The translations under genes were made by a program, and so were the position numbers. From Burkholderiaceae bacterium (GTDB lineage Bacteria; Pseudomonadota; Gammaproteobacteria; Burkholderiales; Burkholderiaceae_C), in NCBI GenBank assembly GCA_019745615.1, contig JAIESZ010000110.1, positions 1-46,017 on the forward strand: a stretch of DNA of 46,017 bases, written 5' to 3'. The notes beneath the pieces were generated by a model. The model was not told the DNA's origin and made no database searches. It was given only the letters and a program-made list of their open reading frames with translations. This document shows positions 1 to 11,002 of the stretch, one piece after another. Every line of letters begins with the position of its first letter. Within the stretch, counting starts at the first letter, position 1.

Positions 1-326
1 AGCTTGATCTCTTTGACGTTAAAGCCCGTGGCCGCCATGTGCGAAGCGTACTGCTCCGACAGCGTACGCCCCAGCGGGGCCGAGCGGCTCAAATCATTGA
101 CGTTGACCACGGTAGCCACCAACACCGGCCCTTGACCAAGGCTACCGAGGTCAAAACCAGCCGTTAGTTTGGTCACGGCATCACGGTTGCTGTCCAAAAA
201 CTGGCTGGCAGCAGCCTCTTCGTAGGTTGGGCCTACGCGCACCGGCACCGTGCTGTTCCAACACCCGGTTAGCAGCACCGACGCCCCAGCCAGCGCCACC
301 ACAGAAGAAAAGCGAGACAGCTTCAT
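1..326 (-). CDS. FlgO-family outer-membrane lipoprotein (3' end runs off the window)
   Basis: Manual translation MKLSRFSSVALAGASVLLTGCWNS...VLVATVVNVNDLSRSAPLGRTLSEQYASHMAATGFNVKEIKL; lipobox LTGC; V-A-T-x-V-N-x-N-D-L..S..GR..SE pattern resembles FlgO; ATGA overlap with upstream gene. Confidence 0.7.
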   Translation of the reverse strand, partial: MKLSRFSSVVALAGASVLLTGCWNSTVPVRVGPTYEEAAASQFLDSNRDAVTKLTAGFDLGSLGQGPVLVATVVNVNDLSRSAPLGRTLSEQYASHMAATGFNVKEIK

Positions 327-1009
327 TGCGACACCACCTTCATGTTGATGTTACGGTAAGACGGACGCATAAACAGCGGGGTATCGACGTTTTCGAGGTA
401 ATAGACATCGGTTTTGCGCACCAGAAACTGTCCGCCTTTGGCGACGGTGGTGGTCAAAATCATCTCGGTATGGGTCGGGCCGCCTGAGTTGATACTGGCC
501 GCATAATCAGCCGCGCCTGTCAAGCCCAAGCCTGCCAGCAGTTGGGCATCAATGTGCTCATAGCGTAGGCCATAGGCAGCCATCAAGCCTCCAGCCAGCA
601 TCGTAAACTGGCCCGGAATAAAGTGGGGCCGATCACTGTTGTGGCGTACCACTTGGGTGTGGTAACTCACCTCCAAGGCAGGCCCCGGCGATTGCATCAC
701 GGCAGCACCGCTTTGCACCAGCTCAGTAATCAGAAAGTCGCGAAACGCCAAATCAAAGGCGCTGGCTTGGGCCGGGGCCGAAACATACAACGGCGTGGCC
801 GGTGGCATGCCCAAGCGCTCTAACGAGCCCAAGGTTTGCGCGACCACATCACGCGACAACAAATCCCAATGCCCAGCAGAGCGCACCTTGGGCTGCACTG
901 TGAGTTCAAAATTTTCTGCCAGAGGGATAGGCGATTTCGCGGCGCACCCCACCAAAGCAGCCACGGCACCTGCTACCAAGGCCGCGCCGATTGCTCTTGC
1001 AAATACCAT
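323..1009 (-). CDS. Hypothetical lipoprotein, co-transcribed with the FlgO-like gene
   Basis: MVFARAIGAALVAGAVAALVGC lipobox; RBS AGGAGG before ATG at 1009. Confidence 0.7.
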   Translation of the reverse strand: MVFARAIGAALVAGAVAALVGCAAKSPIPLAENFELTVQPKVRSAGHWDLLSRDVVAQTLGSLERLGMPPATPLYVSAPAQASAFDLAFRDFLITELVQSGAAVMQSPGPALEVSYHTQVVRHNSDRPHFIPGQFTMLAGGLMAAYGLRYEHIDAQLLAGLGLTGAADYAASINSGGPTHTEMILTTTVAKGGQFLVRKTDVYYLENVDTPLFMRPSYRNINMKVVSQ

Positions 1010-1147
1010 GATTCCCTCCTGCTGATAGGTGGGGGCAAGACTTACAACGCCCGGCACCCATCTGATGAAAAAACGATTCTGGGTGTGTAGGCCGGGAAAA
1101 ACAAGAAAAATGTTGTTTTTGCCACCACCGCGCCACACCCGGATGGA

Positions 1148-2344
1148 TCAAGCCTGCGCTGCGCGCTGCTGCAAGATGTCAAAAGCGGGCAGCAATTTGC
1201 CTTCCAGCACCTCTAAAAAGGCACCGCCGCCGGTAGAGATATAGCCCACTTGCTGCTCAATGCCGTACTTGGCAATGGCCGCCAAGGTGTCACCACCACC
1301 GGCAATGCTAAAGGCAGGCGATTCGGCAATGGCTTGGGCAATGGTTTGGGTGCCGTTGGCAAAAGCGTCAAACTCAAACACGCCCACCGGGCCATTCCAA
1401 ACGATGGTGCCTGCTGCCTTGAGCTGCGCCGCCAACTTGGCCGCTGTTTCGGGGCCAATGTCCAAAATCAGGTCATCCTCGGCCACATCCGTGGCCGCCT
1501 TGACAGTGGCGGGCGCATCGGCGGCAAAGGTCTTGGCCACCACCACATCGGTAGGCACCGGCACCTCGGCACCACGGGCCTTCATGGCCTCCATCACGGT
1601 ACGGGCCTGCTCAACCAAATCTGGCTCGGCCAGGCTTTTGCCAATCGGCAGGCCAGCGGCCAGCATAAAGGTGTTGGCAATGCCGCCACCGACGATCAAC
1701 TGATCAACCTTGTCGGCCAAGCTTTGCAAGATGGTGAGTTTGGTACTGACCTTGCTACCGGCCACAATGGCGGCCAGTGGGCGCTGGGGTTGCGCCAAGG
1801 CTTTGGTCAGGGCATCAATTTCTGCCGACAGCAGCGGGCCAGCACAGGCGATGGGGGCAAACTGGGCAATGCCGTAGGTGGTGCCTTCGGCGCGGTGGGC
1901 AGTGCCAAAGGCGTCATTCACAAAGATGTCGCACAGGGCGGCCATCTTGCGCGCCAGTTCTTCTTTGTTTTTCTTTTCGCCCACATTGAGACGGCAGTTT
2001 TCGAGCAACACCACTTGGCCGGGCTGCACCTGCACGCCATCGACCCAATTGGACACCAGCGGCACTTCGCGGCCCAACAATTCAGACAGACGTGCGGCCA
2101 CCGGGGCCAGTGAGTCTTCAGGCTTAAAGGCCCCTTCGGTGGGGCGGCCCAGATGGCTAGTGACCATCACCGCAGCACCGGCGTCTAGCGCTTGCTGGAT
2201 GCAAGGCACCGAGGCACGGATGCGGGTGTCTTCGGTGATGCGGCCCGTGTCGTCTTGGGGCACGTTCAGATCGGCACGGATAAACACACGTTGACCACGG
2301 ACTTTGCCTTGGGCACACAGGTCGGAAAAGCGAAGAATGTTCAT
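1148..2344 (-). CDS. pgk: Phosphoglycerate kinase
   Basis: [37 protein letters not shown] and STGGGAFLE motifs. Confidence 0.98.
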   Translation of the reverse strand: MNILRFSDLCAQGKVRGQRVFIRADLNVPQDDTGRITEDTRIRASVPCIQQALDAGAAVMVTSHLGRPTEGAFKPEDSLAPVAARLSELLGREVPLVSNWVDGVQVQPGQVVLLENCRLNVGEKKNKEELARKMAALCDIFVNDAFGTAHRAEGTTYGIAQFAPIACAGPLLSAEIDALTKALAQPQRPLAAIVAGSKVSTKLTILQSLADKVDQLIVGGGIANTFMLAAGLPIGKSLAEPDLVEQARTVMEAMKARGAEVPVPTDVVVAKTFAADAPATVKAATDVAEDDLILDIGPETAAKLAAQLKAAGTIVWNGPVGVFEFDAFANGTQTIAQAIAESPAFSIAGGGDTLAAIAKYGIEQQVGYISTGGGAFLEVLEGKLLPAFDILQQRAAQA

Positions 2345-2416
2345 AACGGGACGGTAAGCGAGAAGAATCTGTTGCAAGCGGGCCACATTGTAGGGGTGGC
2401 CCTACCGATTCTGACG

Positions 2417-2752
2417 TTACCAGCCTTGCAGAATATGCAACGGCAAGTACACCACCATGCCCACGCTGATGGTGCCCAGAATGCCGCGCCGCCAAAAATA
2501 GTAGCCGGTGGCACACAAGATGGCGGGTAGGCGTGCATCTTGCCACGTGGCAATCAGGCTGCCTTGACTCATCACAATCTCAGGGGCCAGCACGGCGCTC
2601 AAGGCGGCCAGCGGCGCATATTTCAGCCCGCGCCGCAGCCAGTGCGGCAGCGGCAGCTCTTGTTGCGGGATCATGAAAAAAGAGCGCGACAGCATCGTAA
2701 TCAGCCCAAGACCCACAATGGCCAACGCCCAATCGAGCCAAGTCCAGCCCAT
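2417..2752 (-). CDS. azlD: AzlD-family branched-chain amino acid export small subunit
   Basis: Small hydrophobic protein with LRRGLKYAPLAALSAVLAP; TGATG overlap with azlC. Confidence 0.8.
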   Translation of the reverse strand: MGWTWLDWALAIVGLGLITMLSRSFFMIPQQELPLPHWLRRGLKYAPLAALSAVLAPEIVMSQGSLIATWQDARLPAILCATGYYFWRRGILGTISVGMVVYLPLHILQGW

Positions 2753-3465
2753 CAATCAGGCTCCTTGGGCTGCAACCAAGCCTCTGCCGCCAAGCCTGCG
2801 GCCACCGCCGCCACAATCGCCACCAAAATATTGAGCTTGAGCGGCAAGGCAAAAGCGGCCACCGCCGCCGTGGCCGCTACGCCAGTAGCAATCCAAGTGG
2901 CCCGATCATTGAGCATCGACAGCAACACGCCCAACAGCGCCAACACGCCAGCAAAGCCCAAGCCCCAAGACAACGGCACCTCATTGGCCAGCAAAATACC
3001 GGCGATAGACGGCAATTGCCACGCCAGCCAGTTGGTAGTGGCAGCCCCCCAGAAGTAGGGCTGTTGCTCTGGCTGCGGTTGTTGCGTTGGGTAGCGCTTC
3101 ATGAAAGCGACAAAAATCACATCGCCACTAAAGTAGCCAATCGTTAGACGCTGGCGCAGCGGCAAATGGGCAAAGTAGCTGCGCCACAGGTTGCTAAAAA
3201 TCACAAAACGCAAATTGACGCAGATGGCCGTGAGCCAAATCACCCACAGCGGCGCGCCCACCGCCAGCAAAGGCAGCACGGCCAATTGAGCGCTACCAGC
3301 ATAGACCAGCAAAGACACCGCCAACGCCAGCGGCACCGACAGCCCGCCTTTGACCATCGCCACCCCCGTGACCAAGCCCCAAGCGGCCATGCCCACGGCA
3401 GGGCTGATCATGTCGCGCACCGCGAGGCGATACGCCGGGTGGCGCAAGGTGTCAGTGAGGGCCAT
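2752..3465 (-). CDS. azlC: AzlC-family permease
   Basis: [12 protein letters not shown] and VNLRF motifs; multiple TM segments; start could be 3474. Confidence 0.85.
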   Translation of the reverse strand: MALTDTLRHPAYRLAVRDMISPAVGMAAWGLVTGVAMVKGGLSVPLALAVSLLVYAGSAQLAVLPLLAVGAPLWVIWLTAICVNLRFVIFSNLWRSYFAHLPLRQRLTIGYFSGDVIFVAFMKRYPTQQPQPEQQPYFWGAATTNWLAWQLPSIAGILLANEVPLSWGLGFAGVLALLGVLLSMLNDRATWIATGVAATAAVAAFALPLKLNILVAIVAAVAAGLAAEAWLQPKEPD

Positions 3466-4438
3466 CCGGGCCATCGGTGGCACCCAGCACCATGCTGGGT
3501 TGCAAGGCAAAGCCACGCAAAAAATCAGCAGCAGGCAGACGCTTGCCACCCGCACGCTGCAACACCGTCAGGCGCAAAGCGCCCTCACCACAGGCCACTA
3601 CCACGCCTTGCGCATCTGCCTGCACAATCTGCCCCGCTGACACACCAGCAGGCACGGCACCATCGGCCAGCGTAGCGGCCCAGAGTTTGATGGTCTCGCC
3701 CTGCACCACGGTGCTGGCCCCCGGAAAGGGGTCAAAAGCCCGGATGCGCTGGCCGATCACGATGGCTGGCAATTGCCAGTCAATGCTGCTTTCGGCTTTT
3801 TCGATTTTGTGCGCATAGGTCACGCCCGCCTCTGGCTGGGGCGTAGGCTGCAAGCGCGCTGCGCTGGCTTGTTGCAGGGCTTGCACAATCAAATGCCCAC
3901 CCAGCGTAGCCAGCTTATCGTGCAGGCTGGCGGTGGTGTCATGGGCGGCAATGGGCAACGGCTCCATGAGCAACATATCGCCGGTGTCTAAGCCCGCATC
4001 CATCTGCATGATGGTGACGCCGGTTTGTGCATCTCCGGCCTCAATAGCACGGTGGATGGGCGCGGCACCACGCCAGCGCGGCAGCAGGCTGGCATGGATG
4101 TTCAGGCAACCCAGACGTGGCAAATCCAACGTCCACTGCGGCAAAATCAAACCATAAGCGGCCACCACCATGACATCGGCTTGGGCTGCCTCTAGCGCAG
4201 CGCGGGCCTCAGCAGCCTCTTGTGGAAACTTGCCATCCAAACGCAGACTGTGCGGTTGCGCCACCGCAATGCCATGCTCTAGCGCACATTGCTTGACCGG
4301 CGAGGCTTGCAACTTCATGCCACGCCCAGCGGGGCGGTCGGGCTGGCTCAGTACCAAGGGCACGGTGTAGCCTGCTTGCAGCAATTGCTCTAGGGCCACA
4401 CGGGCAAACTCTGGCGTGCCAGCAAAAACCACCCTCAT
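3452..4438 (-). CDS. fmt: Methionyl-tRNA formyltransferase
   Basis: [39 protein letters not shown]. Confidence 0.98.
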   Translation of the reverse strand: MRVVFAGTPEFARVALEQLLQAGYTVPLVLSQPDRPAGRGMKLQASPVKQCALEHGIAVAQPHSLRLDGKFPQEAAEARAALEAAQADVMVVAAYGLILPQWTLDLPRLGCLNIHASLLPRWRGAAPIHRAIEAGDAQTGVTIMQMDAGLDTGDMLLMEPLPIAAHDTTASLHDKLATLGGHLIVQALQQASAARLQPTPQPEAGVTYAHKIEKAESSIDWQLPAIVIGQRIRAFDPFPGASTVVQGETIKLWAATLADGAVPAGVSAGQIVQADAQGVVVACGEGALRLTVLQRAGGKRLPAADFLRGFALQPSMVLGATDGPDGPH

Positions 4439-4944
4439 TCGCGGGCCTCGCGCTGGCGCTTAACCATCTTGGATTTAATGCGGTTGCGCTTAAGCGGCGA
4501 CAGGTACTCGACAAACACCTTGCCCAGCAAATGGTCCATTTCGTGTTGGATACACACCGCCAGCAAGCCTTCGGCCTCAATCTCCCGCGAGACGCCATTG
4601 GCGTCCAAGGCACGCACGCGCACGGCCACCGAGCGTGCCACACCATCGTAAATGCCGGGCACTGACAGGCAGCCCTCGTCACCCACCACGGTATCGGGGC
4701 TGGCCCAGACCAGCTCTGGGTTGATAAGCACTTGGGGCTGGTTGCGCTCTTCGGAGGTGTCTATCACCAACACGCGCTCATGGACGTTGATTTGCGTGGC
4801 TGCCAGCCCAATGCCGTGGGCGTCGTACATAGTGTCTAGCATGTCAGCCACCAGCTGGCGCACGCGCTCATCCACCACCGCCACCGGCTTGGCTACCGTG
4901 TGCAGTTGGGGATCGGGATAGCAAAGAATCGGGAGAATGGCCAT
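4435..4944 (-). CDS. def: Peptide deformylase
   Basis: [13 protein letters not shown] and QHEMDH motifs; upstream of fmt. Confidence 0.98.
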   Translation of the reverse strand: MAILPILCYPDPQLHTVAKPVAVVDERVRQLVADMLDTMYDAHGIGLAATQINVHERVLVIDTSEERNQPQVLINPELVWASPDTVVGDEGCLSVPGIYDGVARSVAVRVRALDANGVSREIEAEGLLAVCIQHEMDHLLGKVFVEYLSPLKRNRIKSKMVKRQREARE

Positions 4945-5099
4945 GGTGTCGGAAGGAAATAGTGCCGTATTTTCGCTACTTTTGCTGCACCGCAGCGCCG
5001 AGCTCGCCAATAATCATTGCCCCATGCAGGGTTTGCCTACAGAATTCTTGGCCATTCATCAACCCCGATCCACCACAGCAGCGACGGAGCCTCTCGCCC

Positions 5100-6341
5100 A
5101 TGCAGCACCCCAAACAAGACATGCCCCTCTCTACCCACACACCTTCAGGGCTACCTTGGCACATGGTCTTGGCACTGGGCGCAGCGCTTACCGGGCTGTC
5201 GGCCACTGCGCAACAGCTCCCCACCGCCGTCACGGCCAGCCAGCCTGCCACCGCACAGGCCGTAGAGCAACGCGGGGTAGCAGTGGCCGAACTGGCCCCC
5301 AACGCCCCCGAACGTTATGTAGTCAAGCGCGGGGACACCCTCTGGGGCATCTCAGGCATCTACCTGCAAAAGCCTTGGCGCTGGCCACAGCTGTGGGGCA
5401 TGAACCGGCAAGAGATTGCCAACCCGCACCTGATTTTTCCGGGCCAAACGCTGTATCTGGACACCGAGGGGGGCTACGCCCGGCTGCGCACCCGTGCCGC
5501 ACAGGGCCGTGGGGAGCCTGAAACGCTACGCATCTCGCCGCGCACCCGCAGCGAGAGTTTGGCCGACTCTGCCTTGCCGACACTGCAACCACACCTGATT
5601 GAGCCTTTTTTGGTCGAGCCCTTGGTGATGGATGAGCAAGAGCTGCTGCAAGCGCCGCGCCTGATTGCCACCACCGAAAGCCGCGTGCTCATGAGCACCG
5701 GCAACCGTGTGTACGCGCGCAGTAGCACCGGAGCAGCCTTGCGCACCGACAACGGTGAATCGCGCCAATACCGGATTTTTCGCAATGCACACCCCCTCAA
5801 ACACCCCGTTACTGGCGAAGTGCTCGGTTACGAGGCCCAGTACTTAGGCAAGGCTGAACTGTTGCGCAGTGAGGGCAGCGAAACGGGCATCAACGAGCGT
5901 GGGGCACGCATTGAGGAGTACATTCCGGCCACTCTGAGCATCACCGCCATCCGTGAAGAAATCCACGCTGGCGACCGTCTGCTGCCGATGCCCGAACGCT
6001 CTTTTGTCAACTACACCCCCCACGCACCACAACACGAGATTGACGCCCATGTCGTCTCCATCTACAACAGCTCGGCGCTGGCCAATGCGGCGCAAAACCA
6101 AGTTATTACTATCAGCGCAGGTGAGCACGACGGCCTACAAACCGGCCATGTGCTCTACCTGATGACCCAAGGCGGGCACATCCAAGACAAAACAGATGAA
6201 GCTCGCACCACCGTCAAACTGCCCAGCGAGAACAACGGCATGGTGATGGTGTTTCGTACCTTTGAGCGGGTGTCCTATGCCCTCATCCTGAACGTGCAAA
6301 ACACCGTGCGCATTGGCGACAGGCTGGTCAATCCGCAGTAA
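5100..6341 (+). CDS. LysM peptidoglycan-binding protein (type usually found between def and dprA)
   Basis: YVVKRGDTLWGIS...WRWPQLW..N...IANPHLIFPGQTL; signal peptide; start uncertain (5100/5121/5164). Confidence 0.85.
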   Translation: MQHPKQDMPLSTHTPSGLPWHMVLALGAALTGLSATAQQLPTAVTASQPATAQAVEQRGVAVAELAPNAPERYVVKRGDTLWGISGIYLQKPWRWPQLWGMNRQEIANPHLIFPGQTLYLDTEGGYARLRTRAAQGRGEPETLRISPRTRSESLADSALPTLQPHLIEPFLVEPLVMDEQELLQAPRLIATTESRVLMSTGNRVYARSSTGAALRTDNGESRQYRIFRNAHPLKHPVTGEVLGYEAQYLGKAELLRSEGSETGINERGARIEEYIPATLSITAIREEIHAGDRLLPMPERSFVNYTPHAPQHEIDAHVVSIYNSSALANAAQNQVITISAGEHDGLQTGHVLYLMTQGGHIQDKTDEARTTVKLPSENNGMVMVFRTFERVSYALILNVQNTVRIGDRLVNPQ

Positions 6342-6360
6342 TTGCTGCGCTGGTATTGGC

Positions 6361-7533
6361 ATGGAACACGACGAACTGGCCGCTTGGCTGCGCCTGACGC
6401 TCACCCCCGGTGTGGGCAACGCCACGGCGCGCAAGTTGCTGCACCATTTTGGCCTGCCCCAGCAGGTGTTTGCCCAGTCGGCAGCGGCGTTGCGCGTCTG
6501 TACCAGTGCGGCCCAAAGCCAAGCGCTGCAAACGCTGCCCCCGGCATTACAACCACTGCTAGAAAAAACCTGGCAATGGCTGCAATCGTCCAACGCTGAT
6601 CTGCACAAAGAGATAGCGCCACTGGGGCATCCGCTGTACCCGGCAGCGCTGCTCAATAGCGATGACCCTCCCTTGCTGCTCTACCTGATGGGGGCCACTC
6701 GCTTTTTAGATGCACAGGCCCCCACTTTGACGATGCGCCACTGTCTGGCCGTGGTGGGCAGCCGCAACCCCACCGCGCAGGGCCAAGACAATGCCCGCGC
6801 CTTTGCACAAACCCTGCGTGCCAGCGGTTTGACCATTGTGTCGGGCTTGGCCTTAGGCATTGATGCTGCCGCCCACGAAGGGGCTTTGCAAGCAGCCACC
6901 CCCCAGGACACCACCCCCGCTACCATTGCCGTAGTGGGCACCGGACTAGACCGCGTCTACCCCAGCCGCCACCGCGCGCTGGCACACCGCATCGCCGCCC
7001 AAGGTTTACTGCTGAGTGAATACCCACTGGGCACAGCCCCTCTGGCCGCACACTTTCCCAAGCGCAACCGCATCATTGCGGGCCTGTGCCAAGGGTTGCT
7101 GGTGGTAGAGGCGGCACCGGCTTCGGGCTCGCTCATCACCGCCCGCTTGGCGGCAGACCAGGGGCGCGAAGTATTTGCCATTCCGGGCTCCATCCATGCC
7201 CCCCAGTCGCGTGGCTGCCATGCCCTGATACGCCAAGGAGCCACACTGGTGGAATCGGCCCAAGACGTGCTGGAAGAGCTGCATTGGCCCCTGCCTTGCA
7301 CCCCTACTGCTGCCACCGCCCACGCCACCCCGGCCCCAGAAACCGCAGTTGCAAATACCCCCGAATCGCCCTTGCTGCAAGCGCTGGCTTTTGACCCCGT
7401 GGGCCTTGATACTTTGGTGGCCCGCACCGGGCTAGACACCTCCAGCCTGTTGGTGCAACTGCTAGAGCTAGAACTGAGCGGCCAAGTGGCCCGCCTGCCC
7501 GGCGGCCTGTTTCAGCGCATGGCCTTGGCCTGA
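6361..7533 (+). CDS. dprA: DNA-processing protein DprA
   Basis: AVVGSRNPT, IVSGLALGIDAAAH, FPKRNRIIAG, SGSLITA, GREVFAIPG. Confidence 0.96.
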   Translation: MEHDELAAWLRLTLTPGVGNATARKLLHHFGLPQQVFAQSAAALRVCTSAAQSQALQTLPPALQPLLEKTWQWLQSSNADLHKEIAPLGHPLYPAALLNSDDPPLLLYLMGATRFLDAQAPTLTMRHCLAVVGSRNPTAQGQDNARAFAQTLRASGLTIVSGLALGIDAAAHEGALQAATPQDTTPATIAVVGTGLDRVYPSRHRALAHRIAAQGLLLSEYPLGTAPLAAHFPKRNRIIAGLCQGLLVVEAAPASGSLITARLAADQGREVFAIPGSIHAPQSRGCHALIRQGATLVESAQDVLEELHWPLPCTPTAATAHATPAPETAVANTPESPLLQALAFDPVGLDTLVARTGLDTSSLLVQLLELELSGQVARLPGGLFQRMALA

Positions 7534-7554
7534 ACCCGCCAGCGCCGTGCCGCG

Positions 7555-10002
7555 TTATTGCAGCAAACGCTCAGGGTTGGCATCGAGCTTGGCGAGCGCG
7601 TCGCGGGCGGCGCGCACCGTCAGGCCTTCTTCGTCTTGTACCGTGAGCAGGCCCGTTTGCAGATAGGCCGCCAAGCGGCGCAACTGCAACAGATAGCTGC
7701 GTCCATCGGGGGCGGCAAACAGGTGCAACTGCTGGCGCTGGCTGTGCCAGACATACTGCACCTGCGCCGCGCTGCCATTGTGGTCAATGGTGAACCAAGC
7801 GCCCACCTGCAACTGGCGCGCCCACTCCACCACGGCATCCTCCACCGGGGCATCATTGTCGGCAATCACAGACAGGTTCGACATATCAATGCCCAGCATC
7901 ATCTCGATGGCCTCGGCATCCAGTGGCATATCCCCCAGCACGGCCTCGGTGATGCAGTCTTCCAGATTTTCTAGCCCCCGGGCCAAGGTTTCGATTTGCT
8001 CTTGGGCAATCGGCTCGGTTTTGGAGACAAAAGCCTGAGCCAGCACATCGGTGAGTACCTTGATCTGCGTTTCTTGGGCGTCGCCCGACATATTGACCAA
8101 TGCCAACCCTTGGCGCAAACGATCAAGCAAGCCCGGCAAGCTCTGGATCACCTTGCTGCGGTCGCTGCGGTGTGGCTTGGCGCTGGCCGCCCACACCAAA
8201 TCAGCCGCCGTGCGCTTTAAGGCCAAGGTATCAGGGTGTTGGGCACCCGCACGCACTGCCGACAGCGCCAGCACCTCAGCCCAAGTTTTGAACAGAAAAT
8301 CGCGGATTTCATCGCGCACCGGCATATCTTTGAGCAAGGTGCGCAGCTCAATCGTGTACTGGATGGTGAGGGTTTCGCGCTGCTCTACCTGCTGCGCCAC
8401 CGTCACGACCCGTGCCGTAGATTTCTTTTGCGTCAGGAACTTGGCCAAAAAGGCTTCAAACTCTTCGCGCACCAGTTGAAACACCTTGCGGCCTGTTTCG
8501 GGGTACTGCTCAATCACCTGCACCACGCGGCGGATCTCGGCTTCTAGGGCGCTGCCGTCAATGGCCGTGGCGTCAAAGCCCATCACGCAGGCCCCCATGC
8601 GGTCAATCAATAGCCGCGCTGGGTGGTTTAAGTCGCTAAAAAAGTCGGGCTCGGCTAGTGCGACGCGCAACACCGGCACCTGCAAACGCGCAAACAACAC
8701 GCGCACCGCTGGCGGAATGCGGTCTTCGGACAAAATGCTTTGGAACATCAGGGCCACCACCTCAATGATGGCTTTTTCGCTGTCGGTGCCCGCCTGCTTT
8801 TTGAGCTCTGCCGCACGCTCGCGCACCGCTCCCACCAACTGCACCACGGCCACCGGCCCAGCTTGCGGGGCCATGCCTGCCATGCTGCTGTAGTAGGTTT
8901 GGGCTTGGATTTGCTGCTGCGCCAACGCCTGCGCCAGCGCTGCGGAGGCTGGCGGTGCCTGCTGCATCGCGGTGGCGTCGGCCATCACGCTCCCCGGAGC
9001 ATCCATGATGGACTGCACACCGCTCAGAGGTGCCCCCATCATCATGGACTGGGCCGCTGGGGGCATCATGGGCACCCCTTGGGCCATACCGCCGGGCCAC
9101 ATTAACCGGCGCAGCTGCCCCATCACGCCATAAGCGCGCTCACGCGCACGGGCCAATGGTGTGGCACCCACCAAAGATGCTGCCCCAGCCATGACCGAGC
9201 GCAACGCAGCGCCAGGGCCGCTGTCGATTACGCCACTACTGGGCAAACCCGCCCTCTGGGAGGCTAAAGCAGCCGCAGCAGGCACCGCCCCTGATGACCC
9301 CAACTCGCCCATGCGCGAGCCTGCTCCGGCATTGCTTCCCCCCCCTCCGGGCGGACGGCTCACGCGCAGCTGGGTCTCCGGTTGGGCTATCCCTTGGCTG
9401 CCGAGAAAATCGTTACACCGTTGGTAGGCTACTTGGGCGCGGGCCGCCAGCTCGCGCTGCAAAGGATCGAGCACCGCCTGCAAATCCGTACGGGACAACC
9501 CAGCAACGACCCATTGCTCTACCAGCAACAAACAGAAGGTTTCGGGGCGCAACAAATCGCTACCCACCAGCTCTTGTCCCTCTAGCATCTGCACACGCCG
9601 ACGCAAAGCATCAAAGCTACCACTGACAGCCTCTAACACCGTCAAGGCGATGCGTGAGGCCACAATTTTGTTCTCCACCACATCGTCGCTAATCAGCTCT
9701 AGGCTGAAGTCTAGCGGGGCCGCAGTAGCAGCGCGGATGGGCGTGGTGGGCGGGTTTTGCGCCTGTTCCCAGACGCGCCGCGTGGCCTGCACCCAATCGG
9801 CACGGCGTTGGCCATACAGTTGCCACGCATCGCGGCGGCTTTGCATTTCGCGCTGGGTGCCTGTTTGGTCTATCAGACTGGTAAGGAACGTAAAAACCGC
9901 CTGATCGACCTCCACCAGCCCTGCGGCCAAGGTCTTGACAAACTGTTGGCGCACTTGGCGGGCCAGATCGCGTTGTGAAGAAAGAGGCGCAGGCGCAAAC
10001 AT
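7555..10002 (-). CDS. DUF1631-family protein
   Basis: 815 aa helical protein with IEVVALMFQSIL..RLQVPVLRVAL..FF...HPARLLIDR motif. Confidence 0.8.
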   Translation of the reverse strand: MFAPAPLSSQRDLARQVRQQFVKTLAAGLVEVDQAVFTFLTSLIDQTGTQREMQSRRDAWQLYGQRRADWVQATRRVWEQAQNPPTTPIRAATAAPLDFSLELISDDVVENKIVASRIALTVLEAVSGSFDALRRRVQMLEGQELVGSDLLRPETFCLLLVEQWVVAGLSRTDLQAVLDPLQRELAARAQVAYQRCNDFLGSQGIAQPETQLRVSRPPGGGGSNAGAGSRMGELGSSGAVPAAAALASQRAGLPSSGVIDSGPGAALRSVMAGAASLVGATPLARARERAYGVMGQLRRLMWPGGMAQGVPMMPPAAQSMMMGAPLSGVQSIMDAPGSVMADATAMQQAPPASAALAQALAQQQIQAQTYYSSMAGMAPQAGPVAVVQLVGAVRERAAELKKQAGTDSEKAIIEVVALMFQSILSEDRIPPAVRVLFARLQVPVLRVALAEPDFFSDLNHPARLLIDRMGACVMGFDATAIDGSALEAEIRRVVQVIEQYPETGRKVFQLVREEFEAFLAKFLTQKKSTARVVTVAQQVEQRETLTIQYTIELRTLLKDMPVRDEIRDFLFKTWAEVLALSAVRAGAQHPDTLALKRTAADLVWAASAKPHRSDRSKVIQSLPGLLDRLRQGLALVNMSGDAQETQIKVLTDVLAQAFVSKTEPIAQEQIETLARGLENLEDCITEAVLGDMPLDAEAIEMMLGIDMSNLSVIADNDAPVEDAVVEWARQLQVGAWFTIDHNGSAAQVQYVWHSQRQQLHLFAAPDGRSYLLQLRRLAAYLQTGLLTVQDEEGLTVRAARDALAKLDANPERLLQ

Positions 10003-10035
10003 AGCGCTATCGTAATCGGGAAAACAGCACCGTGC

Positions 10036-10989
10036 TTAGACGGTAGCACCAGCGTTGGGATCGTTGGGGTCTGTGTCTTGCTTGTTGGTAGTCTTGACCA
10101 AATCTTCGCGTTTGACACCCAGCCACATGGCAATGGCAGCAGCCACAAACACCGACGAGTAAATACCAAACAGAATGCCGATGGTCAGGGCCAGCGCAAA
10201 ATAATGCAGGCTAGGGCCACCAAAGAAGAACATCGACAGCACCATCGCCTCGGTAGAGGCGTGGGTGATGATGGTGCGGCTCATGGTGCTGGTGATGGCG
10301 TGGTCAATCACCTCATGCGTCGTCATCTTGCGGTACTTGCGAAAGGCTTCGCGGATCCGGTCAAAAATCACCACCGACTCATTGACTGAGTACCCCAGCA
10401 CCGCCAACACCCCGGCCAACACCGACAGCGAGAACTCCCACTGGAAAAAGGCAAAAAAGCCCAAGATGATGACCACATCGTGCAGATTGGCAATGATGGC
10501 AGCCACGCCAAACTTCCACTCAAAGCGGAAGGCCAGATAAATGACGATGCCCAGCACCACCATGCCCAGCGCCATCAGGCCACCGTGTACCAGCTCTTCG
10601 CCCACCTGCGGGCCAACAAACTCGGTGCGGCGCAGCGTGACCCCGGCATCAGCTACTTTCAGGGCTGCCAACACTTGCTCACTTTGCTGCGCCGAAGTCA
10701 CGCCCTTTTGCACTGGCAGGCGGATCATGACGTCGCGCGAGGTGCCAAAGTTTTGTATCGTAACTTCGGTATAACCCAACTGGGCCACCGTGTCGCGCAC
10801 TTTGCCAATGTCTGCCGTTTGCTGGTAAGCCACCTCCATCACCGTGCCGCCGGTAAACTCCACCGACAGGTGCAGCCCACGCGAGAACAGGAAGAACACG
10901 GCCAGCGCAAAGGTAAGGAAGGAGATCGCGTTGAACACCAACGCGTGCTTCATGAACGGGATATCTTTTCTGATGCGGAAAAATTCCAT
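10036..10989 (-). CDS. secF: Protein translocase subunit SecF
   Basis: EFTGGT, FVGPQVG, YLAFRFE, GYSVNESVVIFDRIRE. Confidence 0.97.
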   Translation of the reverse strand: MEFFRIRKDIPFMKHALVFNAISFLTFALAVFFLFSRGLHLSVEFTGGTVMEVAYQQTADIGKVRDTVAQLGYTEVTIQNFGTSRDVMIRLPVQKGVTSAQQSEQVLAALKVADAGVTLRRTEFVGPQVGEELVHGGLMALGMVVLGIVIYLAFRFEWKFGVAAIIANLHDVVIILGFFAFFQWEFSLSVLAGVLAVLGYSVNESVVIFDRIREAFRKYRKMTTHEVIDHAITSTMSRTIITHASTEAMVLSMFFFGGPSLHYFALALTIGILFGIYSSVFVAAAIAMWLGVKREDLVKTTNKQDTDPNDPNAGATV

Positions 10990-11002
10990 GACCGGCAGTC
11001 CT

